Source of the DNA: Patescibacteria group bacterium
GTDB taxonomy: Bacteria; Patescibacteriota; Microgenomatia; UBA8517
Assembly (NCBI GenBank): GCA_036381415.1
Contig: DASVCV010000004.1
Span: forward strand, 33,572-97,571
DNA length: 64,000 nt
Direction of reading: 5' to 3'
Made by a program: the position numbers and the translations under genes. The notes below the pieces were generated by a model. It was not told the origin of the DNA and did not search any database. It worked only from the letters and a program-made list of their open reading frames with translations. Positions 1 to 9,259 of this stretch are shown piece after piece (the stretch's first letter is position 1; every line of letters starts with the position of its first letter).

Positions 1-1273
1 AAGCCTTTTTTCACCTTCATATCCTTCTTCTGTAAGTAAATCTTGACTCACAAATTCCTTTTGCACCTCATCTTTCCACCAATCCCAAAAATGACGAGTC
101 TCAAGAGGTTTTGTTTTTGCAAAGTTTTTAATTGAATCAAAACTTACTTGAGTGCTTTCACTAAATATAAAATCTAGAAGTCTTTTTTCTAAACTTGTTA
201 GTTTGGTGCTGGTATCATAGTTTTTGTCAACTAAACTAAGTGAATATTCTTCTTTGGAATTTCCAAAGAAAGTTTTCACTTTCTCCATATTTATTTTGAT
301 TTCTTTTTTTCTTGCTAGATCAATAATAGTTGCAACAATTGATTTACCTGTTGGTTTTAGATTCCAGTGAGAAAAGGCTTCTACTAAACTAGGCGGAAGG
401 TCTGAAGGAGGCTCATGAAGTTTTCCTGAAAGATTTACTTCTGGAAGTTTTTCATCATGTCCAATTTTAGACCATCTTACAATCCAATAAATTGCCCTAA
501 ATATAGGAAATATAGAAAGTATAATTATTCCAACAATCACAAGTACTCCATTAAATCTTGTTTGGTTAATAAATTTTTGTTCTTCATCTAATATTTCTTT
601 AATTGTTTTGTTTCCTTCTTGGGCAAAAGTAAAACTAGCACTCTTTGGAAATAGTACTCTTACCTCAAAGAACTGCTTGGGAGAAATATTTTCTGCTTCA
701 AAATCCACTTCATGAGAAGAGGTAATATTTACTTTTCCATTTAATGGGCCATGACCAAACCCCCAAATCATATTATTTGGAGCATCAAAAGGAAGGATAA
801 TTTTTGCAGTTGCCCTACCAGTTCCTTTTGTCCAATCACTTCCAATAAGTTTCCAATAGAATTCTGAAGTATCTTTTTGGTTTGTTATTCCATTTATAAT
901 TTTATATTTAAGAGTAAAAGTTTTAGTTTCAGAATAGGCAGTGTAATACCATTTAACATAAAACTTCTCAGGAGAAATTTCAGTAGAATAGGTTCCTGGA
1001 TTGTTGGACTGCAATTCTACGTACTTAGTTCCATTTTCCCAAAGTTCAAAATCACTAATTTGATTACCTTTTGTATTTATCCACTCATCTGCCCATGAGT
1101 AGGAACCACTAAAACTATATGTTCTTGTTTCTGTGACATCTATTACTCCATTTTTTTCAACTACAACTTGGAAGTCTGCGGATGGAATGGAATAATCTTT
1201 TGCAGATACTTTTGTAGTAAATAGAAAAAGTAAGACAAATAGAAAAATGACAACTCCAAATATTTTTTTCATG
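1..1273 (-). CDS. DUF2207-like secreted/membrane protein (5' partial; runs off window start)
   Basis: Minus-strand ATG at 1271-1273 gives MKKIFGVVIFLFVLLFLFTTKVSA signal peptide, ~230-aa extracytoplasmic region, internal TM (GVLVIVGIIILSIFPIF), long C-terminal tail; architecture typical of DUF2207. Absent from ORF track because no in-window stop. Confidence 0.5.
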
Positions 1274-1314
1274 AATTGAATTTATTGTAACTTAGCAAGT
1301 GGAATTACACAAAA

Positions 1315-1674
1315 TTATTCAAATGAAGCCCAGACAGGAAGAAGAGAATCTTGACTTATTTCATCTTCAGTTCTAAATCTTATGTATTCTGGAGTTATAC
1401 TGGAAAGCCTATTTTTCCTTTTAAAATATGCACAGTTACGGTAGGCATCTTCTAAATTCGGTCCTTTATATGCGACACGTCCGTTAATAATTGCTATTAT
1501 TTTTTCACCTTCAAAACATCTGTTTTCTTGTAAGATGTCGAATGCAATTTCGTTTGAATCTTTTAAATGAATTTCTCCTACTCTCTCAGTTGCCATTGGA
1601 ATTAATATACACCTATATTTTTGACCCATCAATTGCCTATTCACAAATTTTGGGTTGATACTACAATAGGGCAA
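1315..1674 (-). CDS. hypothetical protein
   Basis: 119-aa ORF, no recognisable motif; possible internal start at MATERVGEIHL. Confidence 0.35.
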   Translation of the reverse strand: MPYCSINPKFVNRQLMGQKYRCILIPMATERVGEIHLKDSNEIAFDILQENRCFEGEKIIAIINGRVAYKGPNLEDAYRNCAYFKRKNRLSSITPEYIRFRTEDEISQDSLLPVWASFE

Positions 1675-1864
1675 GTGAGAGAAAGATCAGTAGAAAAAGT
1701 TAAACCTGTCGCAATTATTAATATTGAATCTCCATGGCGTTCTGTTATTACATCGGAGCCAGAACAAATAGATAAAATAAGGCAAGCTGGAAATATAAGC
1801 AGATCTAAATATCATAATTACTCTCAACCTACTTCCAAGGATTTTGAAGTGTGGAGAAGAAGAC

Positions 1865-2170
1865 CTACACCCCACTTACGACATAAACGATAAGACCAAC
1901 AATTATCGCAATAACTAATAAGTTTGAAAGCCCTGCGAGTGCCAATATTCCAAAAAGAGACAGAAGCCACAGTATAAGTACTACTGATGCAATTTCTTTT
2001 AAAGGTGAAGGCAAAGCGGTTATTATCCAGACTATTACTCCAAAAATAAATAAATCCCACAGAGTAATTGTTCTACCATTAATTGCAAAAAGCCCCAGCC
2101 TTAAGGCAGTAAAAGGACCATACCCTAATAGCCAAAGCAAAAAAAGTACAATAATTAAAGCTAATAACAT
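1865..2170 (-). CDS. small hypothetical membrane protein
   Basis: 101 aa, 3 predicted TM helices, no motif recognised. Confidence 0.4.
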   Translation of the reverse strand: MLLALIIVLFLLWLLGYGPFTALRLGLFAINGRTITLWDLFIFGVIVWIITALPSPLKEIASVVLILWLLSLFGILALAGLSNLLVIAIIVGLIVYVVSGV

Positions 2171-2206
2171 ATATTTAGACTAAGATAGTGATCTTTAAAT
2201 AAACAA

Positions 2207-2434
2207 CTAAGGTTTATTTACATTCACATCAATTTTACCAGGAACTTGAACATTTGTAGTTCCTCCTAAATTCAGCCCTCTTAATATACCAGGTGCATAA
2301 TTTATAACAATAACTGCAACTACTATCAAAAGTACTATTGCCAGGATGAATCCACCTAAGTTACTGTCTGATGTGCTTTGAACTTCAGGAGTGTTTCCTC
2401 CACCTGTATTTATGATTGTTGTAATATTTATCAC
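2207..2434 (-). CDS. YjcZ-like small Gly-rich membrane protein
   Basis: 75 aa; Gly-rich N-terminus followed by GGFILAIVLLIVVAVIV hydrophobic stretch resembling YjcZ/TIGR01732 small proteins. Confidence 0.4.
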   Translation of the reverse strand: MINITTIINTGGGNTPEVQSTSDSNLGGFILAIVLLIVVAVIVINYAPGILRGLNLGGTTNVQVPGKIDVNVNKP

Positions 2435-2535
2435 CCCCTTTATTAAATTACATGCAATTCTTGTGAAGATAGGTTTAAGTATTAGTATGAAGTTGGTAAG
2501 CGGAGCTTAAGCAGGCAAAAGCGGAGCTTGGCCAA

Positions 2536-3618
2536 CTATGCAGTTGGTAGGGTGAAAATGAAGGTTGAACCTTTGGAAATTTTGCTTTCAACCCACATCA
2601 GGCCACCGTGTTCTCTAATAATTGCTGAACTTATGAAAAGACCAAGACCAAGTCCATCCTTTCTTCCATTTCCTGGAACTTGATAGAAAGACTTAAAAAT
2701 ATTTTTTTGCTGGTTCTTGCTAATACCTATGCCAAAGTCTTTTACACTTACTAAAATATCAGTTTTTCTTCTTTTAATTGTTACAACCACTTTTTTTGTT
2801 TTTGGAGAGTATTTAATAGCATTTTGAATCAAATTTAAGAGAACTTGCCTAATTCTGTCTTCGTCCCCTATTACAGCTTTTTTAATTGTTCCTTTTTTAA
2901 TAATTTTGTAATCTGCGTGTGAAGTTTTTATATCTGAAATTAAATGAGTAACCATTTTATTAAGATTAAACTCCGTCTTATGAATAGATAATTTATTTGT
3001 CCTAATTCTTGAAATATCCAAAAGATCATTAATAAGTGTTGTAAGGTGACTTGTCCCTTCTTCTATTTTTTTAATATATTTCTCTGTTTCTGGACTTTGC
3101 TGTATTCTTTTTTCTAATAATTTTGCATATGCTTGAATACTTGCTAAAGGGTTTTTAAGTTCATGGGTTGCCATGGACAAAAAAAGGTCTCTTTGCTTTT
3201 GAACACCTATCCCCATTTTTTCTTCTTCCTCTGCCATTTGTATAACTGTCTTAGAAATATTATTTAACACAACAAGAAGATATTTTTCTTTTCCTTTTTT
3301 GAAAACAATACTTGTAATGTCAAAAAACCTGGGACGGGGCTTGTGGTCTTTGGAAGCTCCTTGAAAAACTTCATGAGGAGATCTTTGTTTAAGAATAAGA
3401 CCTGTATGGATAAATTCATTTACTCTCTTTTCCTCTACGGTTGGAAATAAACTTGAAAATTCTTTTCCAAGAGTTCTTCCAAATTCTTGCCTTGCCATTT
3501 TGTTGGCATACACAATTTTCCCATTACTATCAACGATGGTTGCAAGAACTGGGGCAATTTCCAAAACATTACCAAGAGTAAGGGATATTGGCATAAAATA
3601 CTTTGTCTTAAAAGACAC
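2536..3618 (-). CDS. sensor histidine kinase (PAS + HisKA + HATPase_c)
   Basis: H-box ATHELKNPLASIQAYAKLL, N/G boxes (LIQNAIKY...DFGIGI...GLGLGLFIS); N-terminal PAS-like region. Confidence 0.85.
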   Translation of the reverse strand: MSFKTKYFMPISLTLGNVLEIAPVLATIVDSNGKIVYANKMARQEFGRTLGKEFSSLFPTVEEKRVNEFIHTGLILKQRSPHEVFQGASKDHKPRPRFFDITSIVFKKGKEKYLLVVLNNISKTVIQMAEEEEKMGIGVQKQRDLFLSMATHELKNPLASIQAYAKLLEKRIQQSPETEKYIKKIEEGTSHLTTLINDLLDISRIRTNKLSIHKTEFNLNKMVTHLISDIKTSHADYKIIKKGTIKKAVIGDEDRIRQVLLNLIQNAIKYSPKTKKVVVTIKRRKTDILVSVKDFGIGISKNQQKNIFKSFYQVPGNGRKDGLGLGLFISSAIIREHGGLMWVESKISKGSTFIFTLPTA

Positions 3619-3757
3619 CCTATGATATTATATCTGGGTCTTATTTGGAAGATTTACTATATAGTTCAGTTTGTAACTTACCAAGTTTTATGATAAACAT
3701 TCTTACACAGCAAATATATAAAGCAGTTTGGAAGAATTATCTTGTTAAAATCAGATT

Positions 3758-4429
3758 ATGGTAAAAAATATATTAGTAATTGAGGATGACGAAGGAATTC
3801 GTCAATACTTAAAAGAACTTCTGACAGAAAACAGTTATTCAGCAAGAACAGCTGCTGATGGCACAAGTGGGCTTAATGAAATTGCAAAAATTGTTCCTGA
3901 TTTAGTCATTCTTGATTTAGGACTTCCTGATATTACTGGTGAGTCTGTTTGTCAGCAAATTACAAAGGAACATCCTGATTTGCCTATTATAATTTTGACT
4001 GCAAGAGACTCTACTCAAAACATTGTCCATGGACTTTCAATAGGAGCATCAGATTATATTACCAAGCCTTTTGAGGCTGATATATTGCTTGCAAGAATTC
4101 AGGCAAGACTTAGGGAAAAAGGGAATATACAAAATAAATTAAAGGCAGGAGACTTGGAACTTGATGCAACCACAATGCAGGTTAAAAGAGCAGCTGAAGA
4201 AATAAAACTTACACCACAAGAATTTAGGTTACTGGAATATCTTATGAGCAATAAAAACCAGGTTTTATCAAGGGACATGATTTTAAACAGAGTTTGGCTA
4301 TATGGAACTGATGTAGAAACAAGGGTGGTAGATGTTTATATGGGCTATTTGAGAAAGAAAATAGATAAGAACTTCAATAAAAAATTAATTCACTCAGTTA
4401 GAGGGTTTGGCTACATGATAAAAGACTGA
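3758..4429 (+). CDS. OmpR-family response regulator
   Basis: Receiver domain (ILVIEDDEGIR...LVILDLGLPD...K) plus C-terminal winged-helix (LTPQEFRLLEYL...VRGFGY); divergent from the HK gene. Confidence 0.9.
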   Translation: MVKNILVIEDDEGIRQYLKELLTENSYSARTAADGTSGLNEIAKIVPDLVILDLGLPDITGESVCQQITKEHPDLPIIILTARDSTQNIVHGLSIGASDYITKPFEADILLARIQARLREKGNIQNKLKAGDLELDATTMQVKRAAEEIKLTPQEFRLLEYLMSNKNQVLSRDMILNRVWLYGTDVETRVVDVYMGYLRKKIDKNFNKKLIHSVRGFGYMIKD

Positions 4430-4559
4430 CTTCGTCAAAAAGGACTAACTGTATCGAAAGGACTAATCCCCTTTACCAAACTATTACTTAATCTTAATAC
4501 CTCTTCTTAAATAGTTTCTTCACACTAGATCTAGGTAAGGTATAGAAGGGAGGTGAAAA

Positions 4560-4805
4560 ATGGCAATTATATTTTGGATAATTTTTGGAGGATTAGTCGG
4601 ATGGCTGGCTTCCATTTTAATGAAATCAAGCAATCAAAGCTTGATAACTGACATTCTAATTGGAATAGTAGGAGCAATGATAGGTGGATTTTTGTTTAAT
4701 CTATTAGGGGCACCTGGAGTGACAGGTTTTAATATTTACAGCATTATTGTAGCTGTAATTGGAGCATCTGTTTTAATCTTCCTAACGAGAATGGTTTTAA
4801 GATAG
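4560..4805 (+). CDS. GlsB/YeaQ/YmgE-family transglycosylase-associated stress membrane protein
   Basis: 81 aa, IFGGLVGWLAS...IVGAMIGGFLFNLLG signature; strong SD GGGAGGTGA upstream. Confidence 0.75.
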   Translation: MAIIFWIIFGGLVGWLASILMKSSNQSLITDILIGIVGAMIGGFLFNLLGAPGVTGFNIYSIIVAVIGASVLIFLTRMVLR

Positions 4806-4991
4806 GCTCCTAAAAAGTAATTATCCCGCTTAAGAATTAACTCTTAGCGGGATAATTGTGTGAGGGTAGAAAGAAAATAGCTTAATATCAATGCTTTAAA
4901 GCTGAGAGCCTCCTTGGCTACCCTCACAATTAAAGAATACCTAAGAAAAGTAAAAATAGAGGTAACGGTGTGTAAGAATTGTGTGAAGAAA

Positions 4992-5065
4992 TGGCTGCGG
5001 GACTAGGAATCGAACCTAGATACTGGGATCCAAAGTCCCATGTCCTGCCTTTAGACGATCCCGCA
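4992..5065 (-). tRNA. tRNA-Gln (anticodon UUG), CCA encoded
   Basis: Cloverleaf folded by eye on minus strand: acceptor TGCGGGA/TCCCGCA, anticodon loop CTTTGGA, T-arm CTAGG-TTCGATT-CCTAG, 3' GCCA. Confidence 0.75.
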
Positions 5066-5073
5066 ATAAAAAG

Positions 5074-5145
5074 TGAGTCGGCTGGGGATCGAACCCAGGA
5101 CCAATTGCTTAAAAGGCAACTGCTCTACCGCTGAGCTACCGACCC
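5074..5145 (-). tRNA. tRNA-Lys (anticodon UUU)
   Basis: Acceptor GGGTCGG/CCGACTC, D-arm GCTCAGCGGTAGAGC, anticodon loop CTTTTAA, T-arm CTGGG-TTCGATC-CCCAG. Confidence 0.75.
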
Positions 5146-5169
5146 TAGAAAAAAGTTATATCATCTATG

Positions 5170-5242
5170 TGACCCCACTGGGATTCGAACCCAGGTACTT
5201 AGGCTGAAAACCTAATGTCCTAGACCACTAGACGATGGGGCC
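5170..5242 (-). tRNA. tRNA-Glu (anticodon UUC)
   Basis: Acceptor GGCCCCA/TGGGGTC, anticodon stem TTAGG/CCTAA with loop TTTTCAG, T-arm CTGGG-TTCGAAT-CCCAG. Confidence 0.75.
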
Positions 5243-5297
5243 GGACAGGCCCTATTTTACCATTCAGGCTTAACAAAACCAAGTTTGCTATCCTTAC

Positions 5298-5540
5298 TTA
5301 TTTTCCTGCGTTTATTTTAAAGGTATGGGAGGGGCGAGATCTTCTTATTCCCATTCGGTTTAAAAGACTGGTGCACCCTGTTAAATCTGCCCATGATCCT
5401 ATTCCTAATCCCCCACGAATTATAGGGGTAAGTGGATCAATAAGATCCTCTTGGAAATGATCTTGTCCAGGAATGGTATCAACATATTTTTTTACCTCTG
5501 GTTGAGGTTTTTGGTCAATATCTTTATTTTCCACTGACAT
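5298..5540 (-). CDS. hypothetical small protein (~80 aa)
   Basis: Perfect SD AAGGAGGTGA 6 nt upstream of ATG at 5540 (MSVENKDIDQKP...); ORF track start at 5549 is probably 3 codons too long. Confidence 0.4.
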   Translation of the reverse strand: MSVENKDIDQKPQPEVKKYVDTIPGQDHFQEDLIDPLTPIIRGGLGIGSWADLTGCTSLLNRMGIRRSRPSHTFKINAGK

Positions 5541-5558
5541 GTTATTCACCTCCTTTCC

Positions 5559-5588
5559 ACAAAAAAAAGACCCCTTTGGGGGTCTTAA
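5559..5588 (-). terminator. intrinsic terminator after RRM-protein gene
   Basis: Minus strand: AAGACCCC-CAAA-GGGGTCTT hairpin followed by TTTTTTTT. Confidence 0.6.
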
Positions 5589-5695
5589 TCGATCCTTTTG
5601 TTATGTTTTTTTGTACTACAACTGAGAGTATATTTCTCACAGCTTTGTAAGGGTAATATACTCTCAATTTATAGTAGAGTCAAATAATCAAGGTT

Positions 5696-5956
5696 TTACC
5701 CTTGGTTTTTTGGAGGATATGCTTCTTTAACTACGATAGTTCTTTCTCCTACTTTTTTGTTATTTAACTTCTCTATAGCTACTTTAGCTTCTTCTTCTGT
5801 TGACATTTCAACAAAACCGAATCCTTTTGATCTATTGGTCATTCTATCCATTACAACAGTAGCAGACTCAACTTTACCTGCTTCTGAGAAAATCTCACTA
5901 AGTTCTTGATCTGTAGTTGTATATGGAAGTCCACCTACGAATAATCTTTTAGCCAT
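5696..5956 (-). CDS. RRM-domain RNA-binding protein
   Basis: RNP-2 (LFVGGLPY) and RNP-1 (KGFGFVEM) motifs. Confidence 0.85.
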   Translation of the reverse strand: MAKRLFVGGLPYTTTDQELSEIFSEAGKVESATVVMDRMTNRSKGFGFVEMSTEEEAKVAIEKLNNKKVGERTIVVKEAYPPKNQG

Positions 5957-6018
5957 TCAAATCACCACCAATCGACATACTAGGGCTTAGTATAACATAT
6001 TTGTAGTAAAATACGCAT

Positions 6019-6546
6019 ATGGTCAAGCTTGGAGCAAAAGATTTAAGAACAACTAAACCTAGGTTGGAAGACCTTAAAGACATGAAAAGGAGCCCAATTT
6101 ACCTTATTTTGGATGAGGTAATTGATACTTATAATATTGGTTCTTTATTTAGACTGGCAGATGCAATTGGAGCCAAGAAAGTATTTCTTTGTGGAAATAT
6201 GGAGTATCCACCATCATCCCGGGTGCACCGTGCTGCTGTTGGCACTGAAGAGTGGGTGCCTTGGGAAAAGAAAGATTCAACCATAGAAACGATACGAGAA
6301 CTTAAACAAAAAGGAGTTAAAATTATAGCTGTCGAGCAGGATAAAAGATCATTTTCTTATAAAGACTTTAAGCCTAGCTTCCCTCTTGCAATAGTAGTTG
6401 GGAATGAAACAACTGGAGTTAAAAAAGAGGTACTGGATGAAGCAGACACAATAATTGAGCTTCCAATGCTTGGAGTTAACAAATCCTTTAATGTATGGGG
6501 AACTGCTGCGGTTGTAGCTTATAAAGTACTTGAAGCTCTTATATAA
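6019..6546 (+). CDS. SpoU/TrmH-family RNA 2'-O-methyltransferase
   Basis: SPOUT motifs: YNIGSLFRLADAIG, AIVVGNETTGV, ELPMLGVNKSFNV. Confidence 0.8.
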   Translation: MVKLGAKDLRTTKPRLEDLKDMKRSPIYLILDEVIDTYNIGSLFRLADAIGAKKVFLCGNMEYPPSSRVHRAAVGTEEWVPWEKKDSTIETIRELKQKGVKIIAVEQDKRSFSYKDFKPSFPLAIVVGNETTGVKKEVLDEADTIIELPMLGVNKSFNVWGTAAVVAYKVLEALI

Positions 6547-6547
6547 C

Positions 6548-6772
6548 CTATCTTTCTTTTGAAATATAGGACACTAATCTTATTTCGTCATCTTCTCTTA
6601 CTGGACCTTTTTCGTTAGCTTCTTCTAATTCTTTTGCCACTTGATCATTTATTTCCTGGACTAATTTTGGAAGCGGTTTTCCGCTTAATTCATAACTTAC
6701 AAGATGTATCTCTTTATCTTCGTCTGGATTTTGTTCTAGTGTCATGGAGTTATGACTTGAGTGCTGCATCAA
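6548..6772 (-). CDS. hypothetical protein
   Basis: 74 aa acidic ORF, internal repeat EIHLVSYELSGKP/EIRLVSYISKE; overlaps start of next gene. Confidence 0.3.
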   Translation of the reverse strand: MMQHSSHNSMTLEQNPDEDKEIHLVSYELSGKPLPKLVQEINDQVAKELEEANEKGPVREDDEIRLVSYISKER

Positions 6773-7604
6773 CTGTACTTTTTAGATCTGTATAGGAGTA
6801 GGCTCCAGGAAAGACATTTTGATTTACAAAAAAGCCGGGGGTCCCTTGGACATTAAGGCTTTTTGCTATAGTCATGTCATCACCTAATCTTTGGTCATAT
6901 TTTCCACTATCTAAGCATCCTTTAAGGAAGTTTGAATCTATGGCTGGTTTTAGGAAATCTGCAAGAGCTCCCGATTGAGTCTTGTCATTTTTAACAGTGT
7001 TATTTAATAGGTCATACCCTTTATCACTCATGAGAAGATCATGAACATCCCAAAACTTTCCTTTTTCATTGGCACAGTAAAGGGCTTTTGTTCCCATTTC
7101 CCCATTTCCGTGTCCTGGGTAGTAAATCCAAACAAAAGAAGCTTGGCCACTGTCAACTAGTTTTCTCATTTCACTAACAGGTGCTACATATGTTCCACCA
7201 TCTGAAACTAGTTTAAAGTTAGGTCCTAAGTTTTGGGCTATTGAATGATTTTCTCCTCCTGCTGCGTGGCAATAAGGACAGGATGGATCTGATATTTCGG
7301 CAAATAAGACTTTTCTATTTCCATCCCCAAATTTAATTAGATCTTTTCCAAATAAATCTTTAATTTGAGAAAGAGAGATTGTTGGAGCTGGAGCGGGAGT
7401 AGCTGTTGTTCCAGTTTGAGTTCCTGCTACAGTAGCTGTTGTTCCCTTTTGAAGAAAGTCTACTTTCTGCCAAAGAACTCCTACTACAAAAGCAAGAACA
7501 ATCATTACTATAACCATTGGGGCTAAGAGTTTTTCAGCAAGTGCTGCACGAATTTCTTTAGAGGACATGGTAGATATTTTGCAGAAGAATTGAGGTAATG
7601 TCAA
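6750..7604 (-). CDS. DsbA-like thiol:disulfide oxidoreductase (membrane-anchored)
   Basis: N-terminal TM, Thr/Ala-rich linker, thioredoxin-fold CxxC (SDPSCPYCH). Confidence 0.7.
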   Translation of the reverse strand: MTLPQFFCKISTMSSKEIRAALAEKLLAPMVIVMIVLAFVVGVLWQKVDFLQKGTTATVAGTQTGTTATPAPAPTISLSQIKDLFGKDLIKFGDGNRKVLFAEISDPSCPYCHAAGGENHSIAQNLGPNFKLVSDGGTYVAPVSEMRKLVDSGQASFVWIYYPGHGNGEMGTKALYCANEKGKFWDVHDLLMSDKGYDLLNNTVKNDKTQSGALADFLKPAIDSNFLKGCLDSGKYDQRLGDDMTIAKSLNVQGTPGFFVNQNVFPGAYSYTDLKSTVDAALKS

Positions 7605-7612
7605 CCTCTAAT

Positions 7613-8569
7613 TTATTTTGATTCATCAAGATATTTAAGTGTATCCATTGCAGCCATACAGCCAAACCCTGAAGCTGTTATTGCTTGCTTGTAGTGATTA
7701 TCATGAACATCTCCTGCAACAAACACACCTTCGATATTAGTTTTAGTATGATCTTTAACTAAAATAAATCCTTTTTCATCTATATCTATTACACCTTTAA
7801 AAATATCTGTCTGGGGTTTATGGCCAATTGCTATAAATAATCCATCAATTGGAAGTTCTGATGTTGTGTTTTCTTTATTATTTTTCAGAATTAGATTTTC
7901 AACTTTATTTATACCTTTTACTTTACTAACTTCAGTGTTCCAGATAACTTTAATTTTTGGATTAGATAATACTTTTTGCTGCATAACCTGAGAGGCTCTA
8001 AATGCATCACGCCTATGGATTATATATACCTCACTTGCGTATTTTGTTAGAACTAATGCTTCCTCCATTGCAGAATCTCCTCCACCTACAACTGCCACTT
8101 TTTTCTCTTTAAAAAATGGTGCATCACAGGGGGCACAAGAAGAAACTCCACGTCCAATAAGTTCATTTACTCCAGGACAGGTTAACCAGAGAGTATCAGC
8201 TCCTGTAGCTACAATTACACTTTTGGCTTTATAGATGACTCCAGAGGCTGTTAATTCAAATGGCTTTTTTGTAAAGTCTACTTTCTCTACATTTTTTTCT
8301 AGAAACAAGGCACCAAATCTTTCTGCTTGTTTTCTCATTGCAAGCATTAGGTCAGGTCCTTGGACTCCTTCTGGAAAACCAGGAAAGTTATCTACTGTAG
8401 TTGTGAGCATAAGCTGGCCTCCCCATTTTTCTCCTCCTAAAATTAAAGTTGAAGCAGCACCTCGAGTTGTATATATGCTAGCTGTTAAACTTGCAGGTCC
8501 TGAGCCGATAACTACAATATCCCAAGGTTCACCCTCTTTAGGTTGTGGTGCTAATAAATCTGCTGACAT
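7613..8569 (-). CDS. trxB: thioredoxin-disulfide reductase
   Basis: FAD site VVIGSGPASLTA, redox CAPCD, NADPH site VVGGGDSAMEEA, VFVAGDV. Confidence 0.9.
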   Translation of the reverse strand: MSADLLAPQPKEGEPWDIVVIGSGPASLTASIYTTRGAASTLILGGEKWGGQLMLTTTVDNFPGFPEGVQGPDLMLAMRKQAERFGALFLEKNVEKVDFTKKPFELTASGVIYKAKSVIVATGADTLWLTCPGVNELIGRGVSSCAPCDAPFFKEKKVAVVGGGDSAMEEALVLTKYASEVYIIHRRDAFRASQVMQQKVLSNPKIKVIWNTEVSKVKGINKVENLILKNNKENTTSELPIDGLFIAIGHKPQTDIFKGVIDIDEKGFILVKDHTKTNIEGVFVAGDVHDNHYKQAITASGFGCMAAMDTLKYLDESK

Positions 8570-8571
8570 TG

Positions 8572-8871
8572 TTAAACTCCTGGTTGTTGACCACCTGTTG
8601 GAGGAACTGTTCCTCCTTGACCTGGCTCACCTGCTGGAGGAGTTTGTTCTCCTGGCACTCCGGCTGGTGTAGGGGTAGCTACTGGTTCAGTAGGTACATC
8701 AGTTGTAGGCACAGTTGGTTCAGGTGTAGGTGTTCCCATACCAGGAACTGCTGGTGTAGATGGCTCACCCATAGGTGTAGGTGTTCCCATACCAGGATCA
8801 GTTGGTGTTGCTGGGTTAGCTGGAACTGTTGGGTTAGGATTGTTTGGATCTATTGGATTAGTTGGATTCAT
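8572..8871 (-). CDS. Pro/Thr/Gly-rich low-complexity protein (disordered), function unknown
   Basis: 99-aa ORF with internal near-repeats (PGMGTPTPMGEPSTP / PGMGTPTPEPT); SD AAGGAGGTGA 7 nt before ATG; stop 2 nt before trxB ATG. Confidence 0.4.
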   Translation of the reverse strand: MNPTNPIDPNNPNPTVPANPATPTDPGMGTPTPMGEPSTPAVPGMGTPTPEPTVPTTDVPTEPVATPTPAGVPGEQTPPAGEPGQGGTVPPTGGQQPGV

Positions 8872-8890
8872 CTATAATCACCTCCTTAGG

Positions 8891-9211
8891 TTAAGCTGCT
8901 TTTTTGATTAAATCTTCAAAAGCATCTTTTCCTGCAAAACCTATTTGACGCGATACTTCTTTGCCATTCTTAAAAAGGATTGTTGTGGGAATAGACATCA
9001 CTCCAAACTTCATTGATGAAGCTTGGTTCTCATCTACATTAATTTTTACAAAATCCACCTTGCCTTTGTATTTTTCAGACAGCTCTTCAAGAACAGGAGC
9101 TGCCATTTTGCATGGTCCACACCAAGGAGCCCAAAAATCTACGATTATTGGAGTTTTGGATTTTAAAACTTTTTCTTCAAAAAGAGAGTCAGTGACATCA
9201 AGCATTGCCAT
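8891..9211 (-). CDS. trxA: thioredoxin
   Basis: WCGPC active site, 106 aa. Confidence 0.9.
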   Translation of the reverse strand: MAMLDVTDSLFEEKVLKSKTPIIVDFWAPWCGPCKMAAPVLEELSEKYKGKVDFVKINVDENQASSMKFGVMSIPTTILFKNGKEVSRQIGFAGKDAFEDLIKKAA

Positions 9212-9259
9212 ATATTTATCGTTTTCACTATACTCATCAGCTCTAGGTTAAGTCAATAA

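Noticed and set aside
1621-2060. Mutually overlapping ORFs 1621-1893(+), 1687-1875(-), 1824-2060(-)
   Set aside because: Overlap each other and the better-supported 1865-2170 membrane ORF; no motifs; likely spurious.
8235-8877. Plus-strand ORFs 8235-8672 and 8545-8877 overlapping trxB and the P/T-rich ORF
   Set aside because: Antisense to trxB and to a locally GC-rich region; Cys/Trp/Arg-rich nonsense composition.
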